Origin: Candidatus Staskawiczbacteria bacterium
GTDB lineage: Bacteria > Patescibacteriota > Minisyncoccia > Minisyncoccales > Staskawiczbacteraceae
NCBI GenBank assembly: GCA_041661545.1
Contig: JBAZUH010000001.1
Span: 467,877 to 531,876, forward strand
Direction of reading: 5' to 3'
DNA length: 64,000 nt
The notes under the pieces are model-generated. The model had not been told where the DNA came from. It made no database searches and saw only the letters and a program-made list of their open reading frames with translations. Numbering within the stretch: the first letter of the stretch is position 1; each line of letters opens with the position of its first letter. Of the stretch, positions 49,304 through 58,966 are shown piece after piece. A program made the position numbers and the translations under genes.

Positions 49304-50320
49304 GGATTTTTTTTGGAAATTTTTAATTACCTTTCTAGCCTCTTTAGTGTTTTTTACTTTCATAAGTTGGTCGCGCAAGTCTTTGGCACCATAGAAACCT
49401 TTTGTATAGGCGTGAAAATGTTTTTTTAAGCTCTCAAATCTTTTATAATGGCCATTTATTACTTTTTCGTCTTTGTGTAATTTATCGAAAATTTCCGCAT
49501 GCTCTATTATAGCTTTTAATCTTTCTTTTACACTGGGGAACCCCACTTCGCCAAGGCTTCGCGGAGCAAAGAACCACGGGTCACCAATAAGCGCCCTACC
49601 TATCATAATGCCATCTAAGTTTAAGTCTTTAGCCATTTTTTTAGCTTGCTTTAAAGATTTAACATCGCCATTTCCAATAATTAAAGTTTCTGGTGAATAT
49701 TTATCGCGCAATTTTAATATTTCTTTAGCTAATTCCCAATTAGCACTGGTTGCATAAGTATCATTTCTAGTTCTAAAATGAACAGTTAAAACAGCTGGCT
49801 GTTCTTTTAAAATTTCTGGAATCCATTCTTTAATCTGATTTTTATTATAGCCAATTCTTGTTTTCACAGAAACCGGCATGCTAACCTGTTTACCCTGAGC
49901 GCCTCGAAGGGCGCCCCGTTTAGTTGCTCTTATAATTTCTCTGGCCAAACTAGGACTTTTAATTAATGCTGCCCCTGCCCCCTTATTTTCTATAGCCCTG
50001 TCTGGGCACCCCATATTAATATCAATGCCGTCAAAACCCAACTCTTGCATTAAGCAAGCTGATTTTTCAAAGCATAGCGGGTCAGATCCAAATAATTGAG
50101 CTACAATAGGTTTTTCTTTTCTAGAAAATTCTAAAACTTTCATACAAAACTTTCTCCCCCTTGGATGAAGCAACCCTTCAGCTGAAGCAAATTCTGTCCA
50201 AAAAACATTGGGCCTGCCATACTTTAAAAGCATAAGGCGAAAAGCTTCGTCTGTTACCCCAGACATTGGGGCCATTACCATAATTGGCTTCTTTAATTTT
50301 TTCCAAAATCCTAATTCCAT
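49283..50320 (-). CDS. dus: tRNA-dihydrouridine synthase
   Basis: MAPMSGVTDEAFR, DINMGCP and the TIM-barrel flavin pattern. It carries two GC-rich in-frame inserts. Confidence 0.9.
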   Translation of the reverse strand: MELGFWKKLKKPIMVMAPMSGVTDEAFRLMLLKYGRPNVFWTEFASAEGLLHPRGRKFCMKVLEFSRKEKPIVAQLFGSDPLCFEKSACLMQELGFDGIDINMGCPDRAIENKGAGAALIKSPSLAREIIRATKRGALRGAQGKQVSMPVSVKTRIGYNKNQIKEWIPEILKEQPAVLTVHFRTRNDTYATSANWELAKEILKLRDKYSPETLIIGNGDVKSLKQAKKMAKDLNLDGIMIGRALIGDPWFFAPRSLGEVGFPSVKERLKAIIEHAEIFDKLHKDEKVINGHYKRFESLKKHFHAYTKGFYGAKDLRDQLMKVKNTKEARKVIKNFQKKSSTTDGI

Positions 50321-50324
50321 AAAT

Positions 50325-51521
50325 TTAAATTATTGTTTGGTCATTTTGAGCTTTTACCCCCACATCAAATTTATCCATTTTCTTTCTATTAAAATATAAA
50401 ATTGCCAAAGAAATTAAAGAAAATATTCCGCTAAAAATGAAAGGGAGATTACTATAATATATAAAAAGTGCACCAGCTAGAAATGGCCCCGCAATCATTG
50501 CCAAAGACATGATTGAAGTCATTGCTCCGAATATCTCTCCCTTTTTTTCAGAAGCATTTCCAACAATTTGCGATGTTAAGACTATTCGTAAAATTGACTG
50601 ACCAAAAGTTACTCCAATAAGACCTACTATAAATATACCTAGCACAGAGGTGCTTAACAAAAAGAAACCCGTAGCAAAAACTAGCATCATAAAAATCTCT
50701 AAATCTTTTTCTTTAAATTTTTTTAACCAAAAATTTGATAATAATAATCCTTGGTTCAAAATAATAATAATTCCTACGCCAGTCATAAAAATTCCCGAAG
50801 CAAATGCTCCTAACAGAAATTCCTTGCCCAAATACAAAGCGAAAACCGCTTGTTGGATATGAACTGCCAAGCCAAACAAAAACCAAACTAAAAACCCTGG
50901 CAATATTTTTTTATCATTTAGAATGTTTACAATTGGAACAAAAGGATTCAATGAAATTTTAGTATTTTTATTTCTGTTTAAATGAGACTCTGGCAAATTA
51001 AAATATGCATTGATAGCATTTAACATGGCTAATGCACCAACAAACCAAAATGGAAATGTTGGAGAAATTTGACTTAACAGCCCTCCCAATGCAGGCCCCA
51101 CAATTAAGGCTACACCAAAAGTTGCTCCAATTACACCTAAATTTTTTGTTCTTTCTTTGTCATCTTTAGCAATATCTGTTAAATAACTTTGCGCAGTAGA
51201 AAAATTCCCAGCAGCTATGCCATCTATAGACCTCCCTAAAAATAAAAACCAAATATTTTGAGCACTAGCAAAAACTAACCAGCCCAAAGCAGTACTGCAA
51301 ATGCTTAATATCATTATTGGCCTACGACCAATTTTATCAGACAAAGATCCTAAAAATGGAGCACTAAAAAATGCAAAAAATGCAAAAATAGAGAATAAAA
51401 GCGTTACGGTTAAAGCAGATGCACCAAAAGATTCCACGTAAAATGGCAAAGTAGGTATAATGATACCCATGCCAAGCACATCTATAAAAACAGTGGTTAT
51501 AATAATAAATTTTTTACTCAT
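50325..51521 (-). CDS. MFS transporter (12 TM, DHA1/TetA-like)
   Basis: GSLSDKIGRRP loop motif and 12 predicted TM helices. Confidence 0.85.
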   Translation of the reverse strand: MSKKFIIITTVFIDVLGMGIIIPTLPFYVESFGASALTVTLLFSIFAFFAFFSAPFLGSLSDKIGRRPIMILSICSTALGWLVFASAQNIWFLFLGRSIDGIAAGNFSTAQSYLTDIAKDDKERTKNLGVIGATFGVALIVGPALGGLLSQISPTFPFWFVGALAMLNAINAYFNLPESHLNRNKNTKISLNPFVPIVNILNDKKILPGFLVWFLFGLAVHIQQAVFALYLGKEFLLGAFASGIFMTGVGIIIILNQGLLLSNFWLKKFKEKDLEIFMMLVFATGFFLLSTSVLGIFIVGLIGVTFGQSILRIVLTSQIVGNASEKKGEIFGAMTSIMSLAMIAGPFLAGALFIYYSNLPFIFSGIFSLISLAILYFNRKKMDKFDVGVKAQNDQTII

Positions 51522-51523
51522 AT

Positions 51524-52408
51524 TTATATAGAAAATTTTCCTAATTTTGTTCTTTTAATAGAAAAAGCTAAGGCTGGTATACCAATTTTTTCTCCCAAAG
51601 AGTTGGCTATTGCCCGCATATAAGTTCCGCTTGTGCATTTTATTCTAAAATCCGCAACATAAAATATATTTCTATTACACAACTTTTTTTTCCAAATTCT
51701 TAATATTTCTTTTTGCCTAAAATCACCTTTTACTTTTTTAATCCTTTTCTCAATATTTTCTAGTAATTTTTTATTATTAATTTTTCTAATTTTTTCTAAA
51801 TTTATTTTTTTAATAAGAATATTTCTTTCTGGAATCTCAACATCCTCTCCGCTTCTTGCATAACTAAAAAGGGGTTTTCCCTTTACTGTTTTAGAAGAAT
51901 AAATGGGATATTTTTGTTTTAATTTACCTTTAAAATATTTTAAATTCTTTTTTATAAGCGAGCCAAATAAATTTTTGCCCGAAGCGAGATAATGAATTCG
52001 AAGCGTACCCTGCAGGCAATTTTGTTTGGTCCCGCGAAGCGGGAAAATTGCCGAAGCCTGAGTGAGCCCGCGCTGGTGGGCGAACGCTAGCGGAGAATCA
52101 TTATCGAGCAAAGAAAAGAACTCATTGCCGAGCGGCCTTTCGACGACTTTTCCTAAAATATCATACGTGTCTGTGCTAAAACCAAACAAAACACTAAAAT
52201 TATACTCTTTATCTAAAGCTAAATATTTTTCTTTATTTTTTGCTTCTTCTCCAGCCAACAAAACTAACACCCCACTAGCCATTGGGTCTAACCTGCCAGC
52301 ATAAGTTATGGGTATATTAAAATATTTAGGATTTTTCTTCCTAAAGTTTTCAAGAGCAGAAAGAGGCGTCTCTCCTTCTTTTTTATTTAGTATAATTACT
52401 TTTTTCAC
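51524..52408 (-). CDS. truB: tRNA pseudouridine-55 synthase TruB with a GC-rich insertion of about 45-58 aa
   Basis: GRLDPMASGVLVLL and YPIYSSKTVKGKPLFSYARSG. The insert spans about 51965..52138. Confidence 0.85.
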   Translation of the reverse strand: MKKVIILNKKEGETPLSALENFRKKNPKYFNIPITYAGRLDPMASGVLVLLAGEEAKNKEKYLALDKEYNFSVLFGFSTDTYDILGKVVERPLGNEFFSLLDNDSPLAFAHQRGLTQASAIFPLRGTKQNCLQGTLRIHYLASGKNLFGSLIKKNLKYFKGKLKQKYPIYSSKTVKGKPLFSYARSGEDVEIPERNILIKKINLEKIRKINNKKLLENIEKRIKKVKGDFRQKEILRIWKKKLCNRNIFYVADFRIKCTSGTYMRAIANSLGEKIGIPALAFSIKRTKLGKFSI

Positions 52409-52412
52409 AAGG

Positions 52413-52497
52413 CGGAGGGGGTGAGATTCGAACTCACGAGGCTCTTGCGAGCTACGGTTTTCGAAACCGTTCCATTGAACCGCTCTGGCACCCCTCC
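52413..52497 (-). tRNA. tRNA-Ser(CGA)
   Basis: Acceptor GGAGGGG/CCCCTCC, anticodon stem-loop ACGGT-TTCGAAA-ACCGT, long variable arm. Confidence 0.9.
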
Positions 52498-52525
52498 AAT
52501 GAATTTATATTATCACACTTTTATT

Positions 52526-52559
52526 AAAAGTGCTCCGACGTTACATCGGAGCACTTTTT
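52526..52559. terminator. Bidirectional intrinsic terminator
   Basis: aaaaGTGCTCCGAcgttacaTCGGAGCACttttt. Confidence 0.8.
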
Positions 52560-52571
52560 GAATATCAATTT

Positions 52572-52991
52572 CTAATTTGCTTCTTTTTTTATAAAAACTT
52601 TATGCCAATCATTAAAATCATACATATCATGAGCAATAATTCCTATTACTACTCCTAAAAAGAATCTTGGAAGATAAAAATAATCAAGAACTCCTGCAAG
52701 TATCAACAGCAATGTTCCTAAAATCCAATGATGCAAGTGTAGCTTATATTTACCGCAATCTATATATATACAATCAACTTTTCCGCTTTCAAGTAAATAT
52801 TTTGAAAATATTTTTGAACCAATATACCCCAAGGCTAATCCTAATGCTATAAGCGAAGAATAATAGAACACTCCTACCATTACAACTGCTGGTAAATACT
52901 TCCTAACTTTTGAATTTTTATTGTCGCTTTTTGCTAGCTCTAAATCTATTAACTTGTCGTTTATATCGTTTAATTCACCGCTATTTTCCAT
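52572..52991 (-). CDS. Hypothetical multi-TM membrane protein
   Basis: 139-aa ORF with three or four hydrophobic helices and host-like composition. Confidence 0.55.
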   Translation of the reverse strand: MENSGELNDINDKLIDLELAKSDNKNSKVRKYLPAVVMVGVFYYSSLIALGLALGYIGSKIFSKYLLESGKVDCIYIDCGKYKLHLHHWILGTLLLILAGVLDYFYLPRFFLGVVIGIIAHDMYDFNDWHKVFIKKEAN

Positions 52992-53136
52992 AAAATAATG
53001 TCAGTTTCCTCATAGAAACTGTCTAATTTTTGCTACTCTAACGTTAAATTTACTATTAGACTATTTTATCATCTATAAGCGCCCCTGTCCAGCATCAGGG
53101 GCCCTTTTTATCCCCACCTCAAAACAGGTGAAAATG

Positions 53137-53208
53137 TGCCCTCACCAGGAATCGGACCTGGATTTGCTCGTTAGGAGTGAGCTGTTCTATCCATTGAACT
53201 ACGAGGGC
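53137..53208 (-). tRNA. tRNA-Arg(CCU)
   Basis: Acceptor GCCCTCG/TGAGGGC (one G-U pair), anticodon loop CTCCTAA, T-loop TCCGATT. Confidence 0.8.
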
Positions 53209-53290
53209 CATTTGCTGTATGTTAACAAAAATTTGGCTTGTTTTCAATGGTGGTTCTGTTATAATAAATAAAAATTAAAATTCACAAAAT

Positions 53291-54307
53291 ATGAAATCTT
53301 CAATTGTTTCTATAGCCAAAAAAGTTTGCCCTGCAGTTGTCACGGTTATTGTTTCAAAAAATTTACCTAAAGCCGAAAGTTTATATTCTCTTCCCTACTC
53401 TGAAAAAGAACAAAAATCGCCAAAAGGTTTTTCTTTACAAAAAACACAAATTGGTGGTGGCTCTGGCTTTATTGTTTCAGAAAATGGTTATGTTTTAACT
53501 TCAAATCATGTAGTTTCAGACACAACTGCCGACTATACTGTAATTTTAGATCCAAAACACAAATATCATGCAAAGGTTTTATCTCGCAATCCTATTAACG
53601 ACACTGCTGTTTTAAAAATTGAAGGAAATAAATTTCCATATTTAAAAATGGCAGATTCTAATAAAATTGAACTGGGCGAAAGTGTTGTTGCAGTTGGAAA
53701 CGCATTGGGCGAATTTACCGACACTTTATCAACTGGAATTGTTTCTGGATTATCAAGATTTATAACTGCTTTTGGCGGAGTTGACCATCAAATGCAAAAC
53801 TTGCGAGGTTTGATACAAACAGATGCTGCAATTAACCCCGGCAATTCTGGTGGACCATTAATTAATATGAATTGTAAGGTTATAGGAATTAATACGGCTA
53901 TGATAGCAGGAGCCCAAAATATAGGGTTTGCAATTCCTATAGGTTATGCCAAAAAAGACTTAGAAGAAGTTAAAAAATATGGGAAAATAATGATGCCATT
54001 TTTAGGAGTAAAATATGTTTTAATTTCTAAAGATATAGCAGAAGCAAATAAATTACCCGTAAATGATGGCGCTTTAGTAGTAAGAGAACAATTGGGCGAG
54101 CCACCAGTAATAAAAGGCTCTTCTGCAGATTTAGCTGGAATTAAAGAATGGGACATAATTACAGAATGCAATAATGAAAAAATTACAATAAAAACTCCTT
54201 TGGCAGAAATTTTACAAAAATGTAAAATTGGCGAAAAAACCAACTTAACTGTTTTGCGCGATGGCCAAACTTTAAATTTAGCCGTAAAATTAGAAGAAAA
54301 AAATTAA
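53291..54307 (+). CDS. htrA: HtrA/DegP-family serine protease (trypsin-like domain plus PDZ)
   Basis: GSGFIVSENGYVLTSNHVV, TDAAINPGNSGGPLIN and a C-terminal PDZ-like region. Confidence 0.9.
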   Translation: MKSSIVSIAKKVCPAVVTVIVSKNLPKAESLYSLPYSEKEQKSPKGFSLQKTQIGGGSGFIVSENGYVLTSNHVVSDTTADYTVILDPKHKYHAKVLSRNPINDTAVLKIEGNKFPYLKMADSNKIELGESVVAVGNALGEFTDTLSTGIVSGLSRFITAFGGVDHQMQNLRGLIQTDAAINPGNSGGPLINMNCKVIGINTAMIAGAQNIGFAIPIGYAKKDLEEVKKYGKIMMPFLGVKYVLISKDIAEANKLPVNDGALVVREQLGEPPVIKGSSADLAGIKEWDIITECNNEKITIKTPLAEILQKCKIGEKTNLTVLRDGQTLNLAVKLEEKN

Positions 54308-54331
54308 TTAACAGGAGGTTATCTCAAAATT

Positions 54332-54796
54332 ATGCAAGAAAACAAATTAGAAAATTTTTTCAAAGGGAACAAACCAAAAATTATTATTTGGATTGTTGTA
54401 GTAATTGTTATAATCGCAATTGGGTATTATTCAACTATTGCCTATTTGCAATGGAAAATTAAAACTAGCTACGAAACATTACAAACCGAATGTGCTAAAA
54501 TATCTGAAAACTTTACAAAAGAAATGCAAAAAGATGTTAGCAACATAAAATATACCCAAACCAGCCACTACAGCACAAATCTTAGCAAATGTTACACTTT
54601 AATTCATGGCGAAGGAATTATTGAAGTTGGAACTACCGACATATTAATAGACCTTTCGGCCAGCAAAGATGTTGCTATTTGTGAATCGCACTCCACTGCT
54701 CCAGAAATAGACTATTGTAAATATAACGAGTCAAAAAGTGCCTACAACATTAACGACTTCAATAATTTTATTAAGTCGTATATGGAAAATAAATAG
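54332..54796 (+). CDS. Hypothetical membrane-anchored protein
   Basis: 154-aa ORF with an N-terminal TM helix (IIIWIVVVIVIIAIGYY). Confidence 0.55.
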   Translation: MQENKLENFFKGNKPKIIIWIVVVIVIIAIGYYSTIAYLQWKIKTSYETLQTECAKISENFTKEMQKDVSNIKYTQTSHYSTNLSKCYTLIHGEGIIEVGTTDILIDLSASKDVAICESHSTAPEIDYCKYNESKSAYNINDFNNFIKSYMENK

Positions 54797-54802
54797 ATTG
54801 TT

Positions 54803-55993
54803 TTAATTTTGACCAGGAACAGCTGTTTGTGTATAAATATTAGCCGCATTCCACAACATAAAACCATTATATTGGCCTCCTAGTGCGTCCTGAGTAGCTT
54901 TTATTTCAGCTTTTATCATGTCAGCTGTGTAGCTTGCTCCCATATCAAAATCTTGAAGCCATGGCCTAAATTTTGACCTAATAACAAGTGGGTCTTTTTG
55001 ATTATAAAAAGTATTTTGTCTTGCCAAAGCAGTGCTCATTGCGTATTTTACCACTTCATATGGATGTTCGGCGGGATTAGCAAATTTCATAAAATTTTTA
55101 ACGTAATGTGAAGGATAAATCATTGGCGAAATATAATCAAAATTTTCAAAAGAACTTTCTAATAATTGCCCTATTCCCATGTCATCTTTATTGGTTGTTA
55201 CTTGACCAAACAAATCTACTGAAATTTTTTCTCTGGCCAATTGCTCTCTTAAATAATGAAAAAACTCATTTATAACATCTGATTTTAACTTTACTCTGTC
55301 CCAAAATGGATATCCAGCTTCTTTTGTTTTGCCATCAGAAGGAAATCTAACATAATCAAAATTAATTTCATCAAATCCGTGATAAAACGCATCTTTGGCT
55401 AAGGCTATATTATAATCCCATGCATCTTTTGAAGCTGGGTCTAACCAAAATAATTTGTTATTATCTTGCCACAAAGTTAAATTATTTTTATCATAAACTG
55501 CTATTTCTGGTCTTGCTTTTGCATATAAAGGGTCTTCAAAAACAGCTATTCGGCCTATTACATAAATATTTTTTTCGTGGAAAAATTTAACTAAGTTATC
55601 TATATTTTTAATGGCCCCTCTATATAAATTATACTTTTTAACATCGGGCACTCCCGAGGCATAAAAAACCTCCCCACTACTTCCTTTTATATCAATTACT
55701 ACTGCATTTATTTCTGTGTTTATAAAAAGGTTACTTAAATAATTAAGATATTTTTTAGAACCAGCCGAATATCCTGTAACATAAATAGCTTTTATAATTT
55801 CTGGAGGGTTACTTAATTTTTGAGGTGGTGTATATTTAAAAGCATTACTGCTTACAGTTTTTATACTTTCTGAAACAGCTGCTACCTGATCTGAGAAATT
55901 GCTATTATTATTTAAAATTAAAGAAAAATCAACTGCTAAAATTTCAAGCACCATAAATGCTACCAAAAAAATTTTCCACCTAGAAAATTCCAT
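54803..55993 (-). CDS. Putative glycoside hydrolase (DUF4015/GHL-like TIM barrel)
   Basis: N-terminal TM helix, then AVVIDIKGSSGEVFY and FDEINFDYVRFPSDG. Confidence 0.6.
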   Translation of the reverse strand: MEFSRWKIFLVAFMVLEILAVDFSLILNNNSNFSDQVAAVSESIKTVSSNAFKYTPPQKLSNPPEIIKAIYVTGYSAGSKKYLNYLSNLFINTEINAVVIDIKGSSGEVFYASGVPDVKKYNLYRGAIKNIDNLVKFFHEKNIYVIGRIAVFEDPLYAKARPEIAVYDKNNLTLWQDNNKLFWLDPASKDAWDYNIALAKDAFYHGFDEINFDYVRFPSDGKTKEAGYPFWDRVKLKSDVINEFFHYLREQLAREKISVDLFGQVTTNKDDMGIGQLLESSFENFDYISPMIYPSHYVKNFMKFANPAEHPYEVVKYAMSTALARQNTFYNQKDPLVIRSKFRPWLQDFDMGASYTADMIKAEIKATQDALGGQYNGFMLWNAANIYTQTAVPGQN

Positions 55994-55996
55994 TTA

Positions 55997-56395
55997 TTAT
56001 TCTGTTGTTTTACCGTCAAATTCTGGACCATTTGCTTCGGCCTCGGCTTTTGTTTTTCTTACAACTCCATCTTGGTGATGAGCTGGGCAATAAATTGTAT
56101 AAAGTTTCAAGCTATCACTTGCAGAAGTATTCACAACATTATGTTGGGCTCCCGAGGGCACGATAACTGCAGAACCATCAGAAACTTGGTATTCATTGCC
56201 GTCAATAATAACTTTTCCTTGCCCTTTTTCAAATCTAAAAAATTGGTCGTTGTCTGCGTGAGTTTCCACTCCAATTTCTTCATTTGGTAAAAGCGTCATT
56301 AAAACTAATTGACTGTGCTTTCCTGTATATAAAACTTTTCTAAAATTCTCATTTTCTAAAGTATCTTTTTCTATATTTGAACAAAATCCCTTCAT
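55997..56395 (-). CDS. Cupin-domain protein
   Basis: GVETHADNDQFFRFEKGQGKVIIDG...VIVPSGAQHNVVN. Confidence 0.8.
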   Translation of the reverse strand: MKGFCSNIEKDTLENENFRKVLYTGKHSQLVLMTLLPNEEIGVETHADNDQFFRFEKGQGKVIIDGNEYQVSDGSAVIVPSGAQHNVVNTSASDSLKLYTIYCPAHHQDGVVRKTKAEAEANGPEFDGKTTE

Positions 56396-56434
56396 ATATT
56401 TTGTGTATCGTTAATATTAATAATTATTTATAAA

Positions 56435-57136
56435 TTAAGACTTAAAACTTTCTGGCATATCTTTTCCATATAAAACGCGGTAAAGCTCTTCAAAATCTTC
56501 TTCTTTCCACATGAAAAATCCCTCTGCTTTGCCCCTTCTTGCCTTTGATGAAAACATTATTTGATTATTATAAAGCCAACTACTATCCCCGATATTTTTT
56601 ATTTCCGGCAGAAGTTCTTTAATTTTTTCTTTTACTGTTCCGCTGGCAGATTTTGCTCTTTCTTTAATATCTTTAATTGTTTTACCATCTCTTTCCCGTT
56701 TTTCTGGTTTAACTTTTTCGAGTTTTTCAGAACCAATAGCGTCGTGTTGCTTACCACCACCATATAAAACATCGCGAAGCTCTTCTATCTCTTCTCTACT
56801 CCAATCTGAATAGTGTTCTTGTATTATAGAGTCGTCATCAAAATCACTCTGAATTCTCGATAGCCAATCCCCGGCCACCTTACCAAGATCCATTATTCTC
56901 GAAATAAATCTTTCTTCTACTCTTTGTTTTACTTTTTCGCTGGCAGACTCTGCTCTTTTTCTAATTTCCTTAATCAATTTAGTATCACTGGGCTTTTCGC
57001 CCTCTCCCTCTTTTTTAGCTTGTGGCTCAACCGCTTCTCCTCGCGCCATTTGTTGTAACTGCTCAGAAACCGCTTTTTGCTCAGCAGTTTCACTTGAATC
57101 ATTTTCTGGCGTTTCTATTTTTTCTTGGTCTACCAT
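56435..57136 (-). CDS. Hypothetical protein with an internal two-fold duplication
   Basis: IKEIRKRAESASEKVKQRVEE...WSREEIEELRDVLYGG and IKDIKERAKSASGTVKEKIKE...WKEEDFEELYRVLYGK. Confidence 0.55.
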   Translation of the reverse strand: MVDQEKIETPENDSSETAEQKAVSEQLQQMARGEAVEPQAKKEGEGEKPSDTKLIKEIRKRAESASEKVKQRVEERFISRIMDLGKVAGDWLSRIQSDFDDDSIIQEHYSDWSREEIEELRDVLYGGGKQHDAIGSEKLEKVKPEKRERDGKTIKDIKERAKSASGTVKEKIKELLPEIKNIGDSSWLYNNQIMFSSKARRGKAEGFFMWKEEDFEELYRVLYGKDMPESFKS

Positions 57137-57153
57137 AGATTTATTTTTTAGTA

Positions 57154-57639
57154 TTAATGATTAATTATAACATGCTTTAATAAAAAACGGTGGCCTTCGG
57201 GGAGGCGAAATTTTTCTAGTTCTTCTGAACTCAACCAAACGCACTCATGATTTTTTTGCTCATCTTCCGAAATAGGTTCTCGCTCATCATTTTCTAATTC
57301 AAAAAGAAATGAGCAAAAATGAGCAAAACGATTAACGCCTTTTGGATGGTGATAAAATTTAGAATGAAATCTTGGCAATTCGGCAATTAGTTTTAAATTT
57401 TTATAACCAGTTTCTTCTAAAACTTCTGCGCGCGCTGCTTGTTCTGGAGTTTGTCCAGGCTCTACGCCACCAGTAACAAAAGTATCCCAATCTACTTTTT
57501 TCCATTTTAACCCAAGATATTTATTTGTTTTTGGGTCAAACACAATTGCAGTAATCGCTTGGCGTTCCACAAAAGGAAGTTCTACGCGTGGCGTATCATT
57601 CCCCTCTGCCACAAACAACGGCTCATTATTATATTCCAT
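57154..57639 (-). CDS. NUDIX hydrolase
   Basis: Nudix box GGVEPGQTPEQAARAEVLEETGY. Confidence 0.9.
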   Translation of the reverse strand: MEYNNEPLFVAEGNDTPRVELPFVERQAITAIVFDPKTNKYLGLKWKKVDWDTFVTGGVEPGQTPEQAARAEVLEETGYKNLKLIAELPRFHSKFYHHPKGVNRFAHFCSFLFELENDEREPISEDEQKNHECVWLSSEELEKFRLPEGHRFLLKHVIINH

Positions 57640-57643
57640 AATT

Positions 57644-58255
57644 TTATAAATCTAAAGTTTTTATATAATCTAAAAAAGATTCTGCATTTGTATATAGAAA
57701 ACCATTAATCCCTAAATTTATCGCTCCATCAATGTTTATTTGACGGTCATCAATAAATAAAGATTCTTCTGGTTTTGAATTAATTTTGTTAAGACCATAT
57801 AAATAGATATCTTTGCCGGGCTTTGTCATCTCCACTTCAGAAGAAATAATAATTTCATCAAAAAGACTTTTAAATTGCGGGTATTTAGAATAAACCAACC
57901 GATTAAAAAAAGAAGCGTTTGCATTAGACAAAAGCATTGTTTTAAAACCTTTATTTTTTAATTCCAAAATAATATCCGCCAGTTTAACGTCTAATTTTAA
58001 ATAACTGTCTATGTCTTTTCTAAGTTCTTCTCTGGTAGCATTAATGCCCTCATATTTTAAAAAATATGAAAGAAGACTATCTTCAGATATTTTTCCTAAA
58101 TCAAATTGTTCTAAAATAGCCATTAAATTTTCATCTACTTTTCCGCGCTTTATCATATTGTCTTTATACCAGGCACCCACAACCGAGCCACAAATAACGC
58201 CAAAGCAATCAAATATAAAAGTATTTATTTTTTTATTCATAAAATTATTATTCAA
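57644..58255 (-). CDS. HAD-superfamily hydrolase-like protein
   Basis: FIFDCFGVI (motif I variant), LLSNAN and FIDDRQINIDGA. Confidence 0.7.
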   Translation of the reverse strand: MNNNFMNKKINTFIFDCFGVICGSVVGAWYKDNMIKRGKVDENLMAILEQFDLGKISEDSLLSYFLKYEGINATREELRKDIDSYLKLDVKLADIILELKNKGFKTMLLSNANASFFNRLVYSKYPQFKSLFDEIIISSEVEMTKPGKDIYLYGLNKINSKPEESLFIDDRQINIDGAINLGINGFLYTNAESFLDYIKTLDL

Positions 58256-58306
58256 TTATCTTATCAAAAAAGCGTCCCGATGTACATCGGGACGCTTTTA
58301 AAAATG

Positions 58307-58379
58307 GGCGGCTAACGGGATTCGAACCCGTACTGGGACTGCCACAGAGTCCTGTGCTAACCATTACACCATAGCCGCC
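58307..58379 (-). tRNA. tRNA-His(GUG) with an encoded G-1
   Basis: G-1 followed by GCGGCTA/TAGCCGC, anticodon stem-loop GGACT-CTGTGGC-AGTCC, discriminator C. Confidence 0.9.
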
Positions 58380-58380
58380 A

Positions 58381-58455
58381 TGGTGCCCTCGGTTGGAATC
58401 GAACCAACATCTAAACCTTAGAAGGGTTCTATTCTATCCATTGAACTACGAGGGC
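58381..58455 (-). tRNA. tRNA-Arg(UCU), CCA encoded
   Basis: Acceptor GCCCTCG/CGAGGGC, anticodon loop CTTCTAA. Confidence 0.9.
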
Positions 58456-58500
58456 ATAAACCTTTCTGATTAACTAATATATTATCATGAAAATCTTCCT

Positions 58501-58529
58501 TTGACAATATGCCTTTTTTGAGATATTAT
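58501..58529 (+). promoter_or_regulatory. Putative promoter of the tRNA-Pro/tRNA-Gly operon
   Basis: TTGACA (58501..58506), a 17-nt spacer, then TATTAT (58524..58529). Confidence 0.55.
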
Positions 58530-58553
58530 CTATAATATACATTAAGTATATAT

Positions 58554-58624
58554 CGGGGTATTGTGTAACGGTAGCACGAATCGTTTGGGACGATTTAGTC
58601 TCGGTTCAAATCCGAGTACCCCGA
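58554..58624 (+). tRNA. tRNA-Pro(UGG)
   Basis: Acceptor CGGGGTA/TACCCCG, anticodon stem-loop AATCG-TTTGGGA-CGATT. Confidence 0.9.
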
Positions 58625-58635
58625 CATAAATTAAC

Positions 58636-58706
58636 GCAGGTATCGTATATCGGTATTACCTTAGCTTTCCAAGCTAATGAGAGGGGTTCGACTCCCCTTA
58701 CCTGCT
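58636..58706 (+). tRNA. tRNA-Gly(UCC)
   Basis: Acceptor GCAGGTA/TACCTGC, anticodon stem-loop TTAGC-TTTCCAA-GCTAA. Confidence 0.9.
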
Positions 58707-58708
58707 CA

Positions 58709-58966
58709 ATGTATTCAGTATATATTTTACAAAGCTTAAAAGACAATAAAACATATACCGGATTTTCAGAAAATGCGCACGCTAGATTAATTGAGCACAA
58801 TTCTGGTAAAGTTGATGCGACCAAAAATAGAAGGCCGCTTAAAATTTTATTTATCGAAGAGGCAGAATGCCTAAGTATTGCCAAAAAGCGAGAGAAATAT
58901 TGGAAAAGCGGCGCAGGCAGGCGCAAATTAAAGATTTTTTTTGAAAAGGGGTTCCCGCCCATTTAA
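58709..58966 (+). CDS. GIY-YIG nuclease-domain protein (UPF0213-like, 85 aa)
   Basis: YSVYILQSLKDNKTYTGFSEN...RLIEHNSG...KREKYWKS. The ATG lies 2 nt after the tRNA-Gly(UCC) end. Confidence 0.8.
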   Translation: MYSVYILQSLKDNKTYTGFSENAHARLIEHNSGKVDATKNRRPLKILFIEEAECLSIAKKREKYWKSGAGRRKLKIFFEKGFPPI

